A stretch of DNA of 64,000 nt from the human T2T-CHM13v2.0 reference genome, Homo sapiens (GCA_009914755.4 CP068257.2:37664001-37728000); one strand, 5' to 3'; shown: positions 1 to 16,472, numbered from the stretch's first letter. Made by a program: numbers and translations. Notes: generated by a model not told the origin, from the letters alone.

Positions 1-233
<233 letters not shown>

Positions 234-656
234 TTAAATTTAAATTATCAATTCAGTTCCTCAATTGCACTAGCCACATTTAAAGTGCTCAACGATCATA
301 TATGGCTAGTGACTACTGTATTAGACAGCACAGGTATACAATACAGGTCTTATGACTCTCAAATGTTCCTGCCTGAATTTCCAATTATATACCTATTATT
401 TTAAATGCCTTACTTTGTCTTTGCAAAAATGTGCTAAGATAGAAAAGCTATGCTTCTTTTACAAATCCTGCTATCTACATAATTATAAATAGGAAATAGT
501 CAATATGGCACATATGCTGTATATAATAAAAATTAAGTTCAAAGGTTAAAAAAAAGCAACAATACACAATTTCTCATAACAATAAAACTTCATTTCATTA
601 GATTAAACTGTAACTACATTAAAAAACAAAACCTGTTACATAATTAAAGCCACTTA

Positions 657-758
<102 letters not shown>

Positions 759-1921
759 CTAAAAAGTAAAACATATACAATTCAGTTTCCAGAACTTCTA
801 CTTAAGTTACAGTTTAATAGTCTTGCAAACTTAACTTCAATTGACAGTTTCAGGAAATAAACACATGAAATCCAAAATATAGGTAATACTACCGTAGTGA
901 AAAAATCATAACCTCTCCACATTCATTTATATGTAATATGATCTCAATAAGCCTATTTTCAGAATAAACAAGACTGGCCAGAAAAACTTTAACAAGGTGG
1001 AGATCTAGTCCTACTAGATATTAAAGCATATCACAGAGTGTTAATAATTAAAATGATCAGACAAAACAGGGTACACTGATAGAATGACCAATGGAAAAAA
1101 TACAATCCAAAACTAGACCCTATTCAACCTGGGAAAGCTGACTGAAAAACTGGAAGGAAAAATGGGAGAAAACATGAATCCTAATCTAAGACTTAAGTAG
1201 AATTAAGGTATTATCTCAAATCTGTTGGGCGAACAATGGATCACTGCATAAATGGTATTACAATTGTGCAGTAATCTGGAAAAAAACTAAGTCCATTCTT
1301 CAGACTACATCAGGATACATTCGAAATGGGTCAATGATTTAAATATTTTGAAAACAAAGCCATAAAATAAGGAAACACAGGAACTATACTGCAGCGCAAC
1401 TTCAGAATAAGGCTAACATCTGTACTTAATAAAATACCAAAAGTGCTAAACAAGCAAGCTACAGAAAGGAAGATGAACTAGCTAGAGACATCTAGGAAGG
1501 ATTAAATAGTAGGAAAATGCAAGGAAAACAAACACACACTAAGCAAAGGAATAATATCAGCACAAGTTCAAAAGCAAGGGGGAATATGGTATATGATAGA
1601 AACAAAGATCTATATGAACAAAGTGTTCATTTCTCAAAGTCATGCGGCAATGGGGTAAATGAATAGAGAATCTGGATGTAATCAAAGCAGCTTAAAGGGT
1701 AACTGTACTTTTCAAGTAAAAACACCAGAAGCAGCCAAACGATTTGTCTTACAGCAATATACAGTATTGATTGAAAAAGAAGAGGCAAGATGTAATAAAA
1801 AGCCAAGAGGGAACCCAGTTAATCTAAGAAGCAAGAAGCTTAACTGGAATACAGCTCCACCCTTCTCCCCCTAGAATGGGGAGGAAAGACCAAAAGAGAG
1901 GAGCATCAAAACTTGCTGACT

Positions 1922-2390
1922 CGCCCGAGTGCTGTGGCTCATGCCTGTAATCCCAGCGCTTTGTGGGGCCGAGGAGTGAGAATTGCTTGAGTCCAAGAGT
2001 TCAAGACCAGCCTAGGTGACATGGCGAAACCCTGTCTCTACAAAAAAATACAAAATTGTCCAGGCGTGATGACACACGGCTGTGATCCCAGTACTATGGG
2101 AGGCCAAGGCAGGCAGATCACTTGAGGTCAGAAGTTTGAGGCCAGCCTGGCCAACATGGTGAAACACCACCTCTACTAAAAATACAAAAATTAGCCGGGC
2201 ATGATGTTGGATGCCTGTAACATAAAAAGTAGGCAGGAGTGGTGGCGGATGCCCATAATCCCAGCTACTCAGGAGGCTGAGGCAGGAGAATCGCTTGAAT
2301 CCGGGAGGCAAAGGTTGCAGCAGGCTGAGATGGCGCCACTGCACTCCAGCCGGGACAACACAGCGAGACTCCTTCACCTACCAAAAAAAA
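1922..2390 (+). mobile_element. Compound Alu: an extra left monomer (1922-2055) fused to a full Alu (2056-2390) that carries an internal partial duplication
   Basis: Two consecutive ggc..gtggctca..cctgtaatcccag left-monomer starts, then a right arm and poly-A at 2383-2390. Confidence 0.85.
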
Positions 2391-2635
2391 TATATATATA
2401 TATGTATGTATGTATACATGTATATATATATACGTATACATATACATGTGTATATATGTAGACATATATGTATACATATAAATACATGTATATAAATATG
2501 TATATATACACATATGTCAACATATACGTCTATGTATACATATATGTATGTACATATGTATATATACACGTATACGTATATATGGACATATACACATACG
2601 TATATAAACATATATATAAAATAAAATAAAAAATT
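2391..2635. repeat. Complex TA/TG/CA-rich microsatellite (tatg/taca/tatatg units) growing out of the Alu A-tail
   Basis: atatatatatatgtatgtatgtatacatgtatatatatatacgtatacatatacatgtg…. Confidence 0.9.
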
Positions 2636-2765
2636 AGCCAGGCATGGTGGCGCATGCTTGTAGTCCCAGCTACCCAGGAGGCTGAGGTTGCAAAGAGCCA
2701 AGATCACACCACTGCATTTCAGCCTGGGCAACAGAGTGAGACTCTGTCTCAAAAAGCAAACAAAC
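2630..2765 (+). mobile_element. Alu right-arm fragment
   Basis: attagccaggcatggtggcgcatgcttgtagtcccagctac…ctgtctcaaaaa. Confidence 0.85.
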
Positions 2766-3140
2766 TTGCTGACTCAAGAAACATTCAAGACAAAGAAGGA
2801 GCTTAGAAAAGAAAGACTAATAGTGCCATTAACAGAAAGCAAAGTAAGGAAGAAATTATGGATTTTTTTTAATGTTGAAAGTGATTGTTTATATCTAAGT
2901 AGATATGTTCCAGAATGTGGCCTAACATTGAGCTTTGCAGGCTATCTCATTAAAAGTAATGAGAAAAAGTAGTATAATTAAAGTTATATTAGTAGTTGGA
3001 TATTTTTGTTAATTAAAATTGAAGATTCTTTTATTCCTTTGCTTTCTTAATAAACTTGCTTTCACTTTAAAAAAAATTTAAACACCTTCCACACTGAATT
3101 GCTAATTGGACAAAAAAATTTTTTTTTAATTAAAACATCA

Positions 3141-3485
<345 letters not shown>

Positions 3486-4705
3486 GGAATTCTAAACCTA
3501 ACTGTCCATGGAAGAATATGTTTAAGTCACCTGTTCTAAATCAAATTTCCAGACAGATAAGCAATTTGTAGCTATTTCTGTCCCACTTATATCTTCATCT
3601 ATTCATGGACTGATATATACTGTTTTCTTTATAACAGCTCTAAAACATTTTTATATCTCCAGCATGGCTAAACAATTCTTTGCTCTTCTTTCGCTGTCCG
3701 TGCTTATATAATTCTCTTTTAAATGAGCTTGATTGGCTGGCACAGTTCCATAAAAACAAAATCATTGGAATTTCAAATGTAAATACGCTGATTTTATAGC
3801 ATAATCAGGAAAGATCTGACATATTTACAATACTGAATCTTCTGATTCAGGAACATGGTAGAGGTATTTTCACTTACTTAGACTATTTCCTTCCCCAACC
3901 CAAGACTCCGGTCAGTATTTTTAAGACCTTTCTTCATAAACATATTTCACATTTCCTGTTAAATTCATTCCTATGTGTTTGAGGGGTTTTGTTGCTATTA
4001 CAAATTATACTCTTCTTCCATTGTATTTATTACTTGTTTATTGCTGGTGTACAATAAAGTTCTGGTTTTAAGACATGGGTCCTATATATATTTAACCATC
4101 GTATTAAGCTCTCAGCAGTTCTAACAAGTTTTAACAGAATTCACTAATGAAGCCTCTAAGCTTGAAGTTTTAAGAGTTGCGATTTGTTTTTGTTTTTTTA
4201 GTGTCCAACAGGTATTTTTAACTTCTGGGGGCTTCCTTTTACTGTTTCTAAATAGCAACATTTCATCAATTGCAGTATCACTGACATACAACCATGTTTT
4301 GTTATGCCCCCTCAAGGCCAGTCGCCAATGACTACAGTATGTATTTCTGGATATTAAAAATAGTCTTGCTTTTTTTTTCTAAGATGGATTAGCTAAATCC
4401 TGCATAAAAGAAACAGTATGAACTATGATTTCTAAAAGTCTTCTTTGGCCTAGGATTTTAGGATTCCGTGCTACAATCTCATGTGTCTACTTCCAAAGTC
4501 CAAAGTATGCTTGAAATCTACACATTTTGAGTGACTACCTAGTATTTACCACAGGCTCATGAGCTTAAGAACGTCTACTTTTACAACTTGTTCAGTGGTA
4601 AAATAAGCACTCTTTAATATATGCTGATCCTCTCTTTTGCTATGAAAGAATGTATTATTTATTTTCTTTGGATATATAGCCAATCTTTTTTTGTGAAGAA
4701 CCTCC

Positions 4706-4988
4706 AGCTGGGTAGGGTGGCTCATGCTTATAAAGCCCAGTGCTTTGGGAGGCCAATGGAGGAGGATTGCTTGAGGCCAGAAGTTCAAGACCAGCTTGTG
4801 AAACATAGCAAGACACTGTCTCTATAAAAAATTAAGAACTAACTAGATGACGTGGCACACACCTATAGTCCCAGCTACTCAGAAGGCTGAGGCAGGAGGA
4901 TGACTTGAGCTCATAAGTTTGAGGCCAAGCGAGCTATGATTACACCACTGCACTCCAGCCTGGGCAACAGAGAGAGAACCTGCCTCTG
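4706..4988 (+). mobile_element. Alu, older and diverged
   Basis: Dimeric Alu structure with multiple substitutions and no clean poly-A. Confidence 0.85.
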
Positions 4989-4989
4989 G

Positions 4990-6145
4990 GGGAGGCGGGA
5001 GAACCTCCATACTGTTTCCCATAATAGTTGTACTAATTTACATTCTCACCAAAAGTGCATAAGAGTTCCCCTTTCTCCACATCCTTCCCAACATTTGTTA
5101 TCCTTTGTCTTTTTGAGAACAGCCATTCTGACTGGGGTGAGGTAGTATCTCACTGTGGTTTTGATTTGCATTTTCCTGATAATTAGTGATGTTAAGCATA
5201 TTTTCATATATCTGTCAGCCATTTGTATGTGTTCTTTTTAGAAATGTCTACGCAGGTCTTTTGCCCATTTTTTAACTGAATTTTTTTTCTATTGAGTTGA
5301 GTTCCTTATATGTTCTGGATATTAACTCTTTGTCAGATGCATAAAGTTTACAAGTACTTTCTCCTATTCTTCAGGTTGTCTCTTCGATCTATATTGTTTG
5401 TTTCCTTTGCTGTGCAGAAGCTTTGTAGTTTGATGTAATCCCATTTGTCTGTTTTTGCTTTTGTTCCCTATGCTTTTGGGTGTATATCCAAAGGGAAATG
5501 AGATCAGTATATTGAAGAGATAATTGCACTCCCATGTTTACTGCAGTGCCATTCACAATAGTCAAGACATGAATCAACCTAAACACCCATCTACAGATGA
5601 ATGGACAAAGAAAATGCCGTGTGTCTGTGTATACACACACACAAAATGGAACATTATAAACAGAATATTCTTCCGTCGTTTGTGGTAATATGGATGAACC
5701 TAAAGGCCATTATGTTAAGTGAAATAGCAAGGCACAGAAAGGCAAACACTGTGTAATTTCACCCTTGAATTTTAAAAGTTGATTTCACAGAAGCAGAGAA
5801 TAGAACAGTGGTTACCTATGGCTGGGGAGTATGGGGGAAGGGGGGGACCATGAGAAGTTGTTTCAATGGGTATTAAGTTACAATCAGACAGGAAGAATAA
5901 GTTCTGGTGTTCCATTACACAGTAAGGTGAGTACAGCAAATAACAATGTGATAGACATTTCAAGATAGCTAGAAGAGAAGATTTTGAATATTACCACAAC
6001 AAATAAATGATAAATGCTTAGTGATGGATATAATTACCCTCATTTGATCCTTATACAATGCATATATGCACTGAAACATCACACTGTATTCTTTGTCTTT
6101 CTACAAGTATTATAGGTCAACTAAAAACAAAAAATTTAAAAAGAA
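4990..6145 (+). mobile_element. L1 3'-end fragment (ORF2 C-terminus plus 3'UTR), primate-age L1P-like
   Basis: Matches the L1 3' consensus blocks …ctgactgg.gtgag.tggtatctcattgtggttttgatttgcatt…ccattcacaatagccaa…gatgaatggataaagaaaatg…ggttaccagaggctgggaagggt…. Confidence 0.85.
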
Positions 6146-6148
6146 TGT

Positions 6149-6400
6149 AGGCTAGGTGTGGTGGCTCACACACATAATCCCAGCACTTTGGGAGGCCAAG
6201 GCAGGAGGACTGCTCGAGCCTAGGAGTGTGACCAGTTCAGGCAACATGGCAAAACCCCATCTCTACTCAAAAAACACACACAAAAAAACTTAGCCAGGTG
6301 TGGTGACACACACCTGTAGTCCCAGCTACTCCCAGCTACTCAGGAGGGTGAGGGGGGAGCATCACTTGAGCCCAGTCAACAAAAAAAAAAAAAAAAAAAA
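6149..6400 (+). mobile_element. Alu inserted at the L1 A-tail. TSD about aaagaatgta.
   Basis: ggctaggtgtggtggctcacac…poly-A(21). Flanks are aaaagaatgtag and aaaagaatgtatt. Confidence 0.88.
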
Positions 6401-6523
6401 GAATGTATTCGTCAAAGGTAGTTAGCTGTCCTGAACTGTTAAAATGAAATCTCTTCCTGTATGCTCACTCATGCATCCTAGGGGAGATAAAAATTCACAT
6501 AACATAAAACTCACCATATGAAC

Positions 6524-6832
<309 letters not shown>

Positions 6833-7009
6833 CATATGAACCATTTTAAAGTCAACAATTCAGTGGCATTTAGTACATGCACAATGCTGTGCAGCCATCG
6901 CCACTACCTAAGGTCAATAGCTACTATTTCACAAGATAAACTGCAACCTGTCAAGGCATTTTTCAATTCTCTTGGATTTTAAGTAGGCAACCAAACTTCT
7001 GGAAAATAA

Positions 7010-7326
<317 letters not shown>

Positions 7327-7559
7327 CATTTTTGTTCTTGCCTAGCAATACTAAAAATGAACAGTTGTAGTAATAGTATAGTGTTCATTTTCTGCAAATA
7401 CTTAATTTTGTAATATTTTTAATCTAGATAAAAGTCGTAATAGTACCATGAGCACCCATACACTGGTCATCAAGATTCACCAATGGTTAATAGTTTGCAA
7501 CACTTGCTTCCTGATGTAGATATCACACTGACATGAACCATCCAAATCTACCTTGCTGA

Positions 7560-8400
7560 CATCATCACTTCAACCCTAAAATCCTTAGTGTGTATCTCCT
7601 AACAATGACATTCTCCTACATAACTATGATTATCAATACTTCGAAAACTTACTATTGATAAAACATTATTATATAATCCATATTCAAATTTTCCAAATTT
7701 CTCAAGCATCCTTTACAGCTTTTTTCTCTCCTAAATCTAGAACCCAAATCAAGGCTCACACATTACACTAACGTTTGTCCCTTTTCCTGAGGTTCCTTAT
7801 TGAAAAGCTCTCCACCTTTCTATCTTTCTTGAAACCAAACTTTTGAGGAATAAGAGATTTGTTTCACAGACTGTTTCTCAATTTGGATTTGTCTGATTGC
7901 TTCCTTGGGAGATTAGCGCCAAACATTTTTTACCTAAATAATAAGTAGGTAGAGAAAATGTTTAACTACAGATACAATGCATTTCATAGTTACAAGTCAA
8001 TTCAGATTTTCTTTTTGTGTCTTGTTTTTCTCTGTATTAACCTTCAATTTTCCTTTATAAAGCTGCTTAAAATATCCTCTTTTTATTATCTGAAGGATAT
8101 GTAGTGATACCCCTTTTTCAAATCTGATAATGGTTATTTGTCACGTTTCTTTTTTGTTCCCTGAACAATGTGTCTTTTACCAGTATTTTTAGTCTTTCAA
8201 AGAACTTCTGGCTTTGTTGATCCTCACTACCGTTATGCACATTTTTTCTATCCTTAATTTCTGTACTTATCTTCATAATTTCTTTCTTCTTGTTTGTTCT
8301 TCTCCTAACTTCTTGAGAAATACACTTGTGATCACTGAATTTCAGCTTCTTTCTAATACATGAATTGGGTGTAAATTTCCCCTTCAGCACAACTTCAGAA
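7560..8400 (-). mobile_element. Ancient L1 (L1M-type) ORF2 5'-region relic
   Basis: The minus-strand ORF (8118-8390) and its flanks align with the mammalian L1 ORF2 N-terminal consensus (…aaaccaaaagctggttctttgaaaagat…aaattaccaatatcag…gggacatcactacagaccc…). Confidence 0.55.
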
Positions 8401-8960
8401 GAGAATTATATACTGCTATGAAACAACTTACCCCAAAATTTTTAGCTGCACTGGACAACAATAAATATTCATTATCTCATAGTCTCTATGGTCCAAGAAT
8501 TCAACAGCAGCTTAGCTAGATAGGTCTGGCTCAGTGTCTCAAGGCTGCGAGATGCAGTCAAGATGTCGACCTGAGCCACAGTCACATAAAGGCTTAACTG
8601 GGAATAGGGGGATCTGCTTCCAAAATGGCTTATTCACATGGCTATAGCAGAAGACATCAGTTATTACCATGAAGACCTTTCCATAGGGCAGTTTGAGTGT
8701 GCAATCTACCTAACAACTGGCTTCCCCCAAGACCAGTGATTAAAGAGAATAAGACAAAAGATATTTCATTATGTTGTAGTGTAACTTCAGAAACACTGAA
8801 AGTCACATTATACCATTTTCTCAATATCTTCAAGTTCACAGGTCAACCCTATTCAGCAAGGAGACTACAGTGGCCTAAGTGCCAGAAGGCAAGAATCACT
8901 GGGCACTGCCTTGAAGGCTGGCTCCCAAAGAGTACCTCCCCCAAGTTTTAATATGTAATG
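8400..8960. mobile_element. Ancient interspersed repeat. I recognise the family (…cttaccccaaaa.tt.ag…acaacaa.catttattatctca…agcagcttagctgg…gcagtcaagatgtcg…) but cannot recall its name.
   Basis: Extended collinear similarity to a widespread human repeat family remembered from other loci. Confidence 0.35.
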
Positions 8961-9045
8961 TTTTCATTATTAATCAGTTTGAAATATTCTTAAATGTCTA
9001 TTGTGATTTTTCTTCTTTGATGTATGGATTATTTAGAAGTACAGT

Positions 9046-9463
9046 TAGTTGACCCTTGAACAACGCAGGGGTTAGGGTATCAAACCCCCCCAGGCAGTTG
9101 AAAATCCACACGTAACTTCTGACTCCCAAAAAACTTAACTATTGATAAAGCCTCACCAATTGCATGAACAGTCAATTAACACATATTTTTGTATATGTTT
9201 TATATAATGTATTCTTATAATAAAGCTAGAGAAAAGAAAATGTTATCAAGAAAATCGTAAGGAAGAGAAAATATATTTACTATTAAGTAGAAGTGATCAT
9301 CTTAAAGGTCTTCATCCTCATTGTCTTCATGTTGAATAGGCTGAAGAGGAGGAGGAGGAATAAGAGGAGTTGGTCTTGCTATCTCAGGGGTGACAGAGGT
9401 GGAAGAAAATCTATATATAAGTCGACCCATGCAATTCAAACCCATATTGTTCAAGGGTCAACT
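9046..9463. mobile_element. Tigger-family (pogo/Tc1-mariner superfamily) non-autonomous DNA transposon with TA target-site duplications
   Basis: Terminal inverted repeats tagttgacccttgaacaa…ttgttcaagggtcaacta. Long TIR gggtttgaattgcatgggtcgacttatatatag. TA at 9046-9047 and 9462-9463. Confidence 0.6.
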
Positions 9464-10256
9464 ATACATAAAATTTACAAAAAGTGAGGATTATCTGTTA
9501 TTAATTCTGGCTGTTAGTAATTTCTGGCTTAATTACACTGTTGTCAGAGAATATACTTAGAATTATTTCAGTTGAGACTTGCTTTAGACCATTTAATGTA
9601 CTTGCAAGTAATATAATTATGTTTACATTGACATTTACTATCCCAGTATCATCTTAGTACTGTTTTTTTCTCCTTTCTTGTTTTACTTTCTTTATTAGTA
9701 CATATTTCCCCACCTCTATTAAGCCTAGTAGTTATGCAATCTCTTGCTATACTTTTGGCTGTTATTCTAGAGATTTCAAAATGCATCTTCATCTTAAAGT
9801 CTAATGTAAATTTGTATTATTTTCCACTTCTTGAACAATGCAAAGATCTCAGAATACTGAAGTTACCGCCTCCTGATACACACACTATTCATTCTTTAAT
9901 TCCATATGTATTTTGAAGCCCAGAATTTACTTATCTTATACAGCCAATGTTTATTTCCATTTACCCACACATTCATTTTTTTTTTTGTCTTAAGTCTTCA
10001 TTCCTTCTTGCATCTCCAAGTTTCCACCTGGGATCACATCCCCGCCTAAAGAATATTATTTAGAATTCCCTTTAATGTTGTTCCATTGCTAAGAAGTTCT
10101 CAGCTTGTCTAAATATGCATTTAATATACTTTCATTCTTCAATGATATATTTTAATAGGTTCAGAATTATTGACTGGCATTTTCTATTAGCAATTTAAAA
10201 ATATTACTTCTTTGTCTATCAACTTCCGTTACTTCTATTAAGAAGCTAGCAATCAG

Positions 10257-10594
<338 letters not shown>

Positions 10595-10719
10595 CTAGGG
10601 CTGCAATGATTACTCATTGTACTCCATTCTATCTATTTTCTTCTGGCCTCAATTCCACTTCACTAATTCTCTCTTCAGTTTCATCAGTTGTGTTCAGATG
10701 CTGTTAAAATCACCCACTG

Positions 10720-11021
10720 AGGTTGGGCGAGGTGGCTCACACCTGTAATCCCAGCACTTTGGGAGGCCAAGGCAGGTGGATCACGAGGTCAGGAGATCGA
10801 GACAATCCTGGCTAACACAGTGAAACCCCATCTCTACTAAAAATACAAAAAATTAGCCGGGCGTGGTGGCACGTGCCTGTAGCCCCAGCTACTCGGGAGG
10901 CTGAGGCGCAGAAGAACCACTTGAACCCATGAGGCAGAGATTGCAGTGAGCTGAGATTGCGCCACTGCACTCCAGCCTGGGCAACAGAGCAAGACTCCGT
11001 CTCAAAAAAAAAAAAAAAAAA
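10720..11021 (+). mobile_element. Alu, full length
   Basis: ggttgggcgaggtggctcacacctgtaatcccagcac…poly-A(19). Confidence 0.9.
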
Positions 11022-11362
11022 TGTACTACTACCCAATTAGATTGTTCAGATATATTCAGTAGGTGATAAACGCATGTGAGCCCCCGTTACAAGAAGAATC
11101 ATTTCAGGGAAGACTAGAACTCCACTTTCAAAGAATTCCAAGATGATTTTAAAACAGGCACTCTCTCAAAGTATAAATTTTCTTATTTGCTGCTATATTG
11201 TCAACACATTCATATCAAACTATAAAATGTTAACTGTGAAACCTAGCAAGAATTTGAATTAATTTTCAAACTATAAAATCTTCCAGAGAACAATATACTT
11301 AACTAAAAGTAAGTACACAAACCAAAAATCTTGCTTAAACTTCCAAAATAAAACACTATCTC

Positions 11363-11640
11363 AGCAAGGCACGGTGGCTCAGGCTTATAATTCCAGCACT
11401 TTGGGAGGTGGAGGAAGAAGGACTGCTTGATCCTAGGAATTCAAGAACAGCCTGGACAACATGGCTAGATTCCATCCCTATAAAGAATTTAAAAAGCCGG
11501 GGTTGGTAAGCACACACCTGTGGCCCTAGCTACTCGAGAGGTTGAGATGGGCAGACCTTGACCCCAGGCTGAGGTTACAGTGAGCCATGACTGCACCACA
11601 GCACTCCGCCTGGGCCAAAAACAAAAAACAAAAACAAAAA
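11363..11640 (+). mobile_element. AluJ-like. TSD about ctatctcag.
   Basis: gcaaggcacggtggctcaggcttataattccagcac…(caaaaa)n tail. Confidence 0.85.
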
Positions 11641-12460
11641 CCGCTATCTCAGTTATAACTATCTTCATCCCAAAATAGCTACTCACTCTCTTTTCTTTGA
11701 GAATACTGACTAGAACAAAAGTCACCTTTTATCATAAAATTTCACACCAAATCTATTTAAGTGACCAATAATACACAGCCTAGGTGAATGTGCATAAAAA
11801 AATTGAACCACCACCAGTTTTCACCAAATTCTAATGAGATACACCAATGTACCTTTAAAAGCCTTATAAATCAAACATAAAATAAAAGCCTTACAAATCA
11901 TCTAACAATTTACTTCAGTCTAACCAAACGTTAAGTTTCAAAACATGATAGAAAAGCACTGAAACAGGGTAGTAGGGACAGCACTTGGCCCAACCCCACC
12001 AACATGTTTTTCCATATGTGACCACTGACCACCAGACATTTTGGTACCACCCCCACTGGCCTATACTCGCTGACCAGACCTTGTAAGTTGTCTAAAAAAA
12101 CTAAAACAAGCAGCATTCCACCATGAATCCTACTAAGGAGAGTTAACTCTATCCGCCCATATGTGCACAAGGCCAGGAGAAGGACCAATCCTAACCCTGA
12201 GCCTCATTGTAATACTAAAACCTTCGCCCAGAGGGGCTTATCTGCCCCTCTCATCATGTGACATATGTGTCAGCATGATTCCTTAGTGCATCTGCACACC
12301 CTGTGCTCCATCCCACACATGTAATAACGTTCACCTACCTGATGAGTTATGCACATTACCCTCCTTAAGACACGGCAAGGCATTCCCCTGGGGAGCCAGC
12401 CAGAGAACCCTTCTTCCTTCACTGTCTCACTTATTCCCAATGTTTCAGGCATAAGTCTCT

Positions 12461-12767
12461 TTTTTTATTTTTATTTTTTGAGGCAGTCTCACTTTGTCAC
12501 CCAGGCTGGAATGCACTGGTGCGATAACGGCTCACTGCAGCCTCAACCTCCTGGCTCAAGCAATCCTCCCTCAACCTCAGGAGTACCGAGACTACAGGCG
12601 TGTGCTACCTTGCCAAACTATTTTTTGTGGGGGGTGGGGGGGGGGTGGGGGGGGGGGGGTCTCACTAAGTTGCCCAGGCCGGGTCTCAAACCTGTGAGCT
12701 CAAGTGATCCTCCCACCTCAGCCTCCCTAAAGTGCTGGGATTATAGGCATGAGCCATCGCTAGGCAC
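12461..12767 (-). mobile_element. AluJ-like. A G-homopolymer tract replaces part of the A-rich linker.
   Basis: T-rich start, …ggctcactgcagcctc…, then gtggggggtgggggggggtgggggggggggggtctcac at 12629-12662. Confidence 0.85.
12629..12662 (+). repeat. Interrupted poly-G tract, about 34 nt
   Basis: gtggggggtgggggggggtgggggggggggggt. Confidence 0.95.
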
Positions 12768-12812
12768 AAGTCTTAATAAATCTCAGCATAAGTCTTAATA
12801 AATCTTGTCTGG
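12768..12812. repeat. Short tandem duplication aagtcttaataaatc(tcagcat)aagtcttaataaatc at the Alu insertion site. A copy of gcataagtct also precedes the Alu.
   Basis: Seen directly in the sequence. Confidence 0.8.
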
Positions 12813-13731
12813 GAAGTCTGCCTAGCCTCCTATTAATTTCTGTTACACTGACAGCCAAGAACCGTGCACTAGTAAGAGTAACATTTTCTGTCCCTAATAA
12901 CTAACGGATGTAAGGCAATGATCATCAGTGAGTAATACAAAAAACACTAGACATTTTGTGCCTTCTGATGGAAGAACTTACATCCCAATATGATCAATTC
13001 TCTATCAGTGATGAAATACTCATACCCCCGCCCCAGACGTTTTGAAATCAGAAACTTTGGGAGTAGTGCCTAACAATGTTTTAATCAAGCCCTCCAGGTG
13101 ATTCTCATGCACATTAAAGAGAACCACTGCTCTACATCCAATAACCAACTTAACAGAAATACAGAGGAACATATTAAACTACTCCAACAGGATACAATGG
13201 GCAACATCCAAACTGTGGGGAAACTATAGATAACCTAGGTCCTTCAACGAAGAAACTGCAAGCGAATTTTTTTTAAACTGCATAGATAGGTGAAATTTAT
13301 ATTTTAAGTTTCTTTTATTCTACAGCAACCAATTGTAACATGCAGGCTTCGTTTTGCTCCTGATTCAAACAACCTAAATAAAATACCATTATGAGACAAC
13401 TGGAAACTTGAACATCAATAAATAGTGTGATAATGGTGTTGCAGTTTTTTTAAAAAGGAATCTTTTCCTTCCATCATAACCGTCACTATGAAAAAAAGTG
13501 GGGAGGGGAATCCTTATCTTTTAGAAATACAGAATGAAATATTTGCAGAAGAAATTATATAAAACCTAGGATTCGCTTTAGGTACAAGATGAAGCAGTTA
13601 GGAAAGAATTGGCCATGGGTTGACAGATACATAGGGGTTTATACAATTCTGTCTACTCTGTATAGGTTCAAAATTATCCTCTGCTTATTGTGAAAAAAAC
13701 TTTAAATATTTTGGTAAATTAAATCAACTAA

Positions 13732-14028
<297 letters not shown>

Positions 14029-14317
14029 TTAGCAAAATCCACAAGTTTTAAAGTTGAAAAATAATTAATCTATCACCAGTTTCTAATTGACACTCATCCA
14101 GTTCAACCATAAACCCCAAAATATCAATAAGCCTTCATGTAAATATGCATTAGATCTTCATTTCATCAGCCTTCCATGATTTGTATGATTTGTATGAATG
14201 ATTATCACTTCTCTTACTTAAAACATAACTAATACACATCTTACTATTTCTCAATTCCAAAGAAACTGTTTTAAAGAAAAAGGTGAAAATACATATAGGA
14301 ATGTGCCCACTAAGCTA

Positions 14318-14548
<231 letters not shown>

Positions 14549-14890
14549 CTAAGAAAAAATATATCCAAAAATTAATGTTAGTACAGCAAATCTTTTAAAT
14601 ATTAAAAGAATACCTTTTATATGCCATCCAAATTAACTTTAACTCTTTCCAACTACAGAATACTCTCTTATTTATGTAATAAATTATGACTATGGTCAGA
14701 ACACCTATGGAATAATAGTATTTTTCTTTAAGGCAAAGACAGTCTACATAAAGATACTGCCGAGTTATCATTTCTACGGGTCAGACTCCATTACCAATAC
14801 TATTTTCCCCCAAGTTCTCTGCAAAGTAGTAAGTCCAACTCAAAGTTCACGGCTCTCTTATATCAACTAACAATGGTTAAATGTTAGTCT

Positions 14891-15193
<303 letters not shown>

Positions 15194-15641
15194 CTATTCA
15201 CATCAAGCTATATAATGTGATGAATGTGATGAATGTTGGAACAGATCTATACTTCATAGTGTGAGAAACAGGACTAAGTGGCAATCCCAAAAACAAACAA
15301 AAGTGGTGGGAATAGCCTCCTCACGAACACAGTCTCAAGTTTACAGTACTAGCCAGCACCCATTCAAGAAACATTTGATTATCTACTCTTGAATTTTACA
15401 CCCACAAAATGAAAGTTAAACTTCTCACCTCTCCTAACTTACGCTTAAAACATTAAAACGATAAATTCCAAATTTTTTCAGATAGGTTTTTAATACTTAC
15501 TTGAACACTAATGGGTTATTTTATAATCAACCCATTTTCCTGAACCAGTGATTAATGTGAACATGAATCACTTGTAGAGGTCTGAGGAGCTTTTTATTTT
15601 GGGGGGTTTACAGTTAATACATATATTTAAGTATAATGTAA

Positions 15642-15994
<353 letters not shown>

Positions 15995-16214
15995 CGCCCG
16001 GCCAGGTATGTCTATTTTTAAGCATCCTTAAATATCACATTTAAGAACGACTACTCTAAATCACTGTCTTTCAAAACAGCACAGAGTCCTATCTTCAGCT
16101 GAAGCACTTATTAAAAATACAAATTCGTGAGACCCACACCATACCTACTGAGTCAAAATCTCTGAGGATGGGAAACAGAAACTAAGATTTCCTAGATGAT
16201 TCTGAAGCACACTA

Positions 16215-16472
<258 letters not shown>

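Noticed and set aside
8118-8390. 90-aa minus-strand ORF (MLKGKFTPNSCIRKK…)
   Set aside because: It aligns with the L1 ORF2 N-terminal consensus. It is a decayed L1M relic with frameshifts on both sides, not a host gene.
12349-12798. 149-aa plus-strand ORF containing a GGGGWGGGG stretch
   Set aside because: It spans an AluJ and its poly-G tract. The glycine run is just translation of the G-homopolymer.
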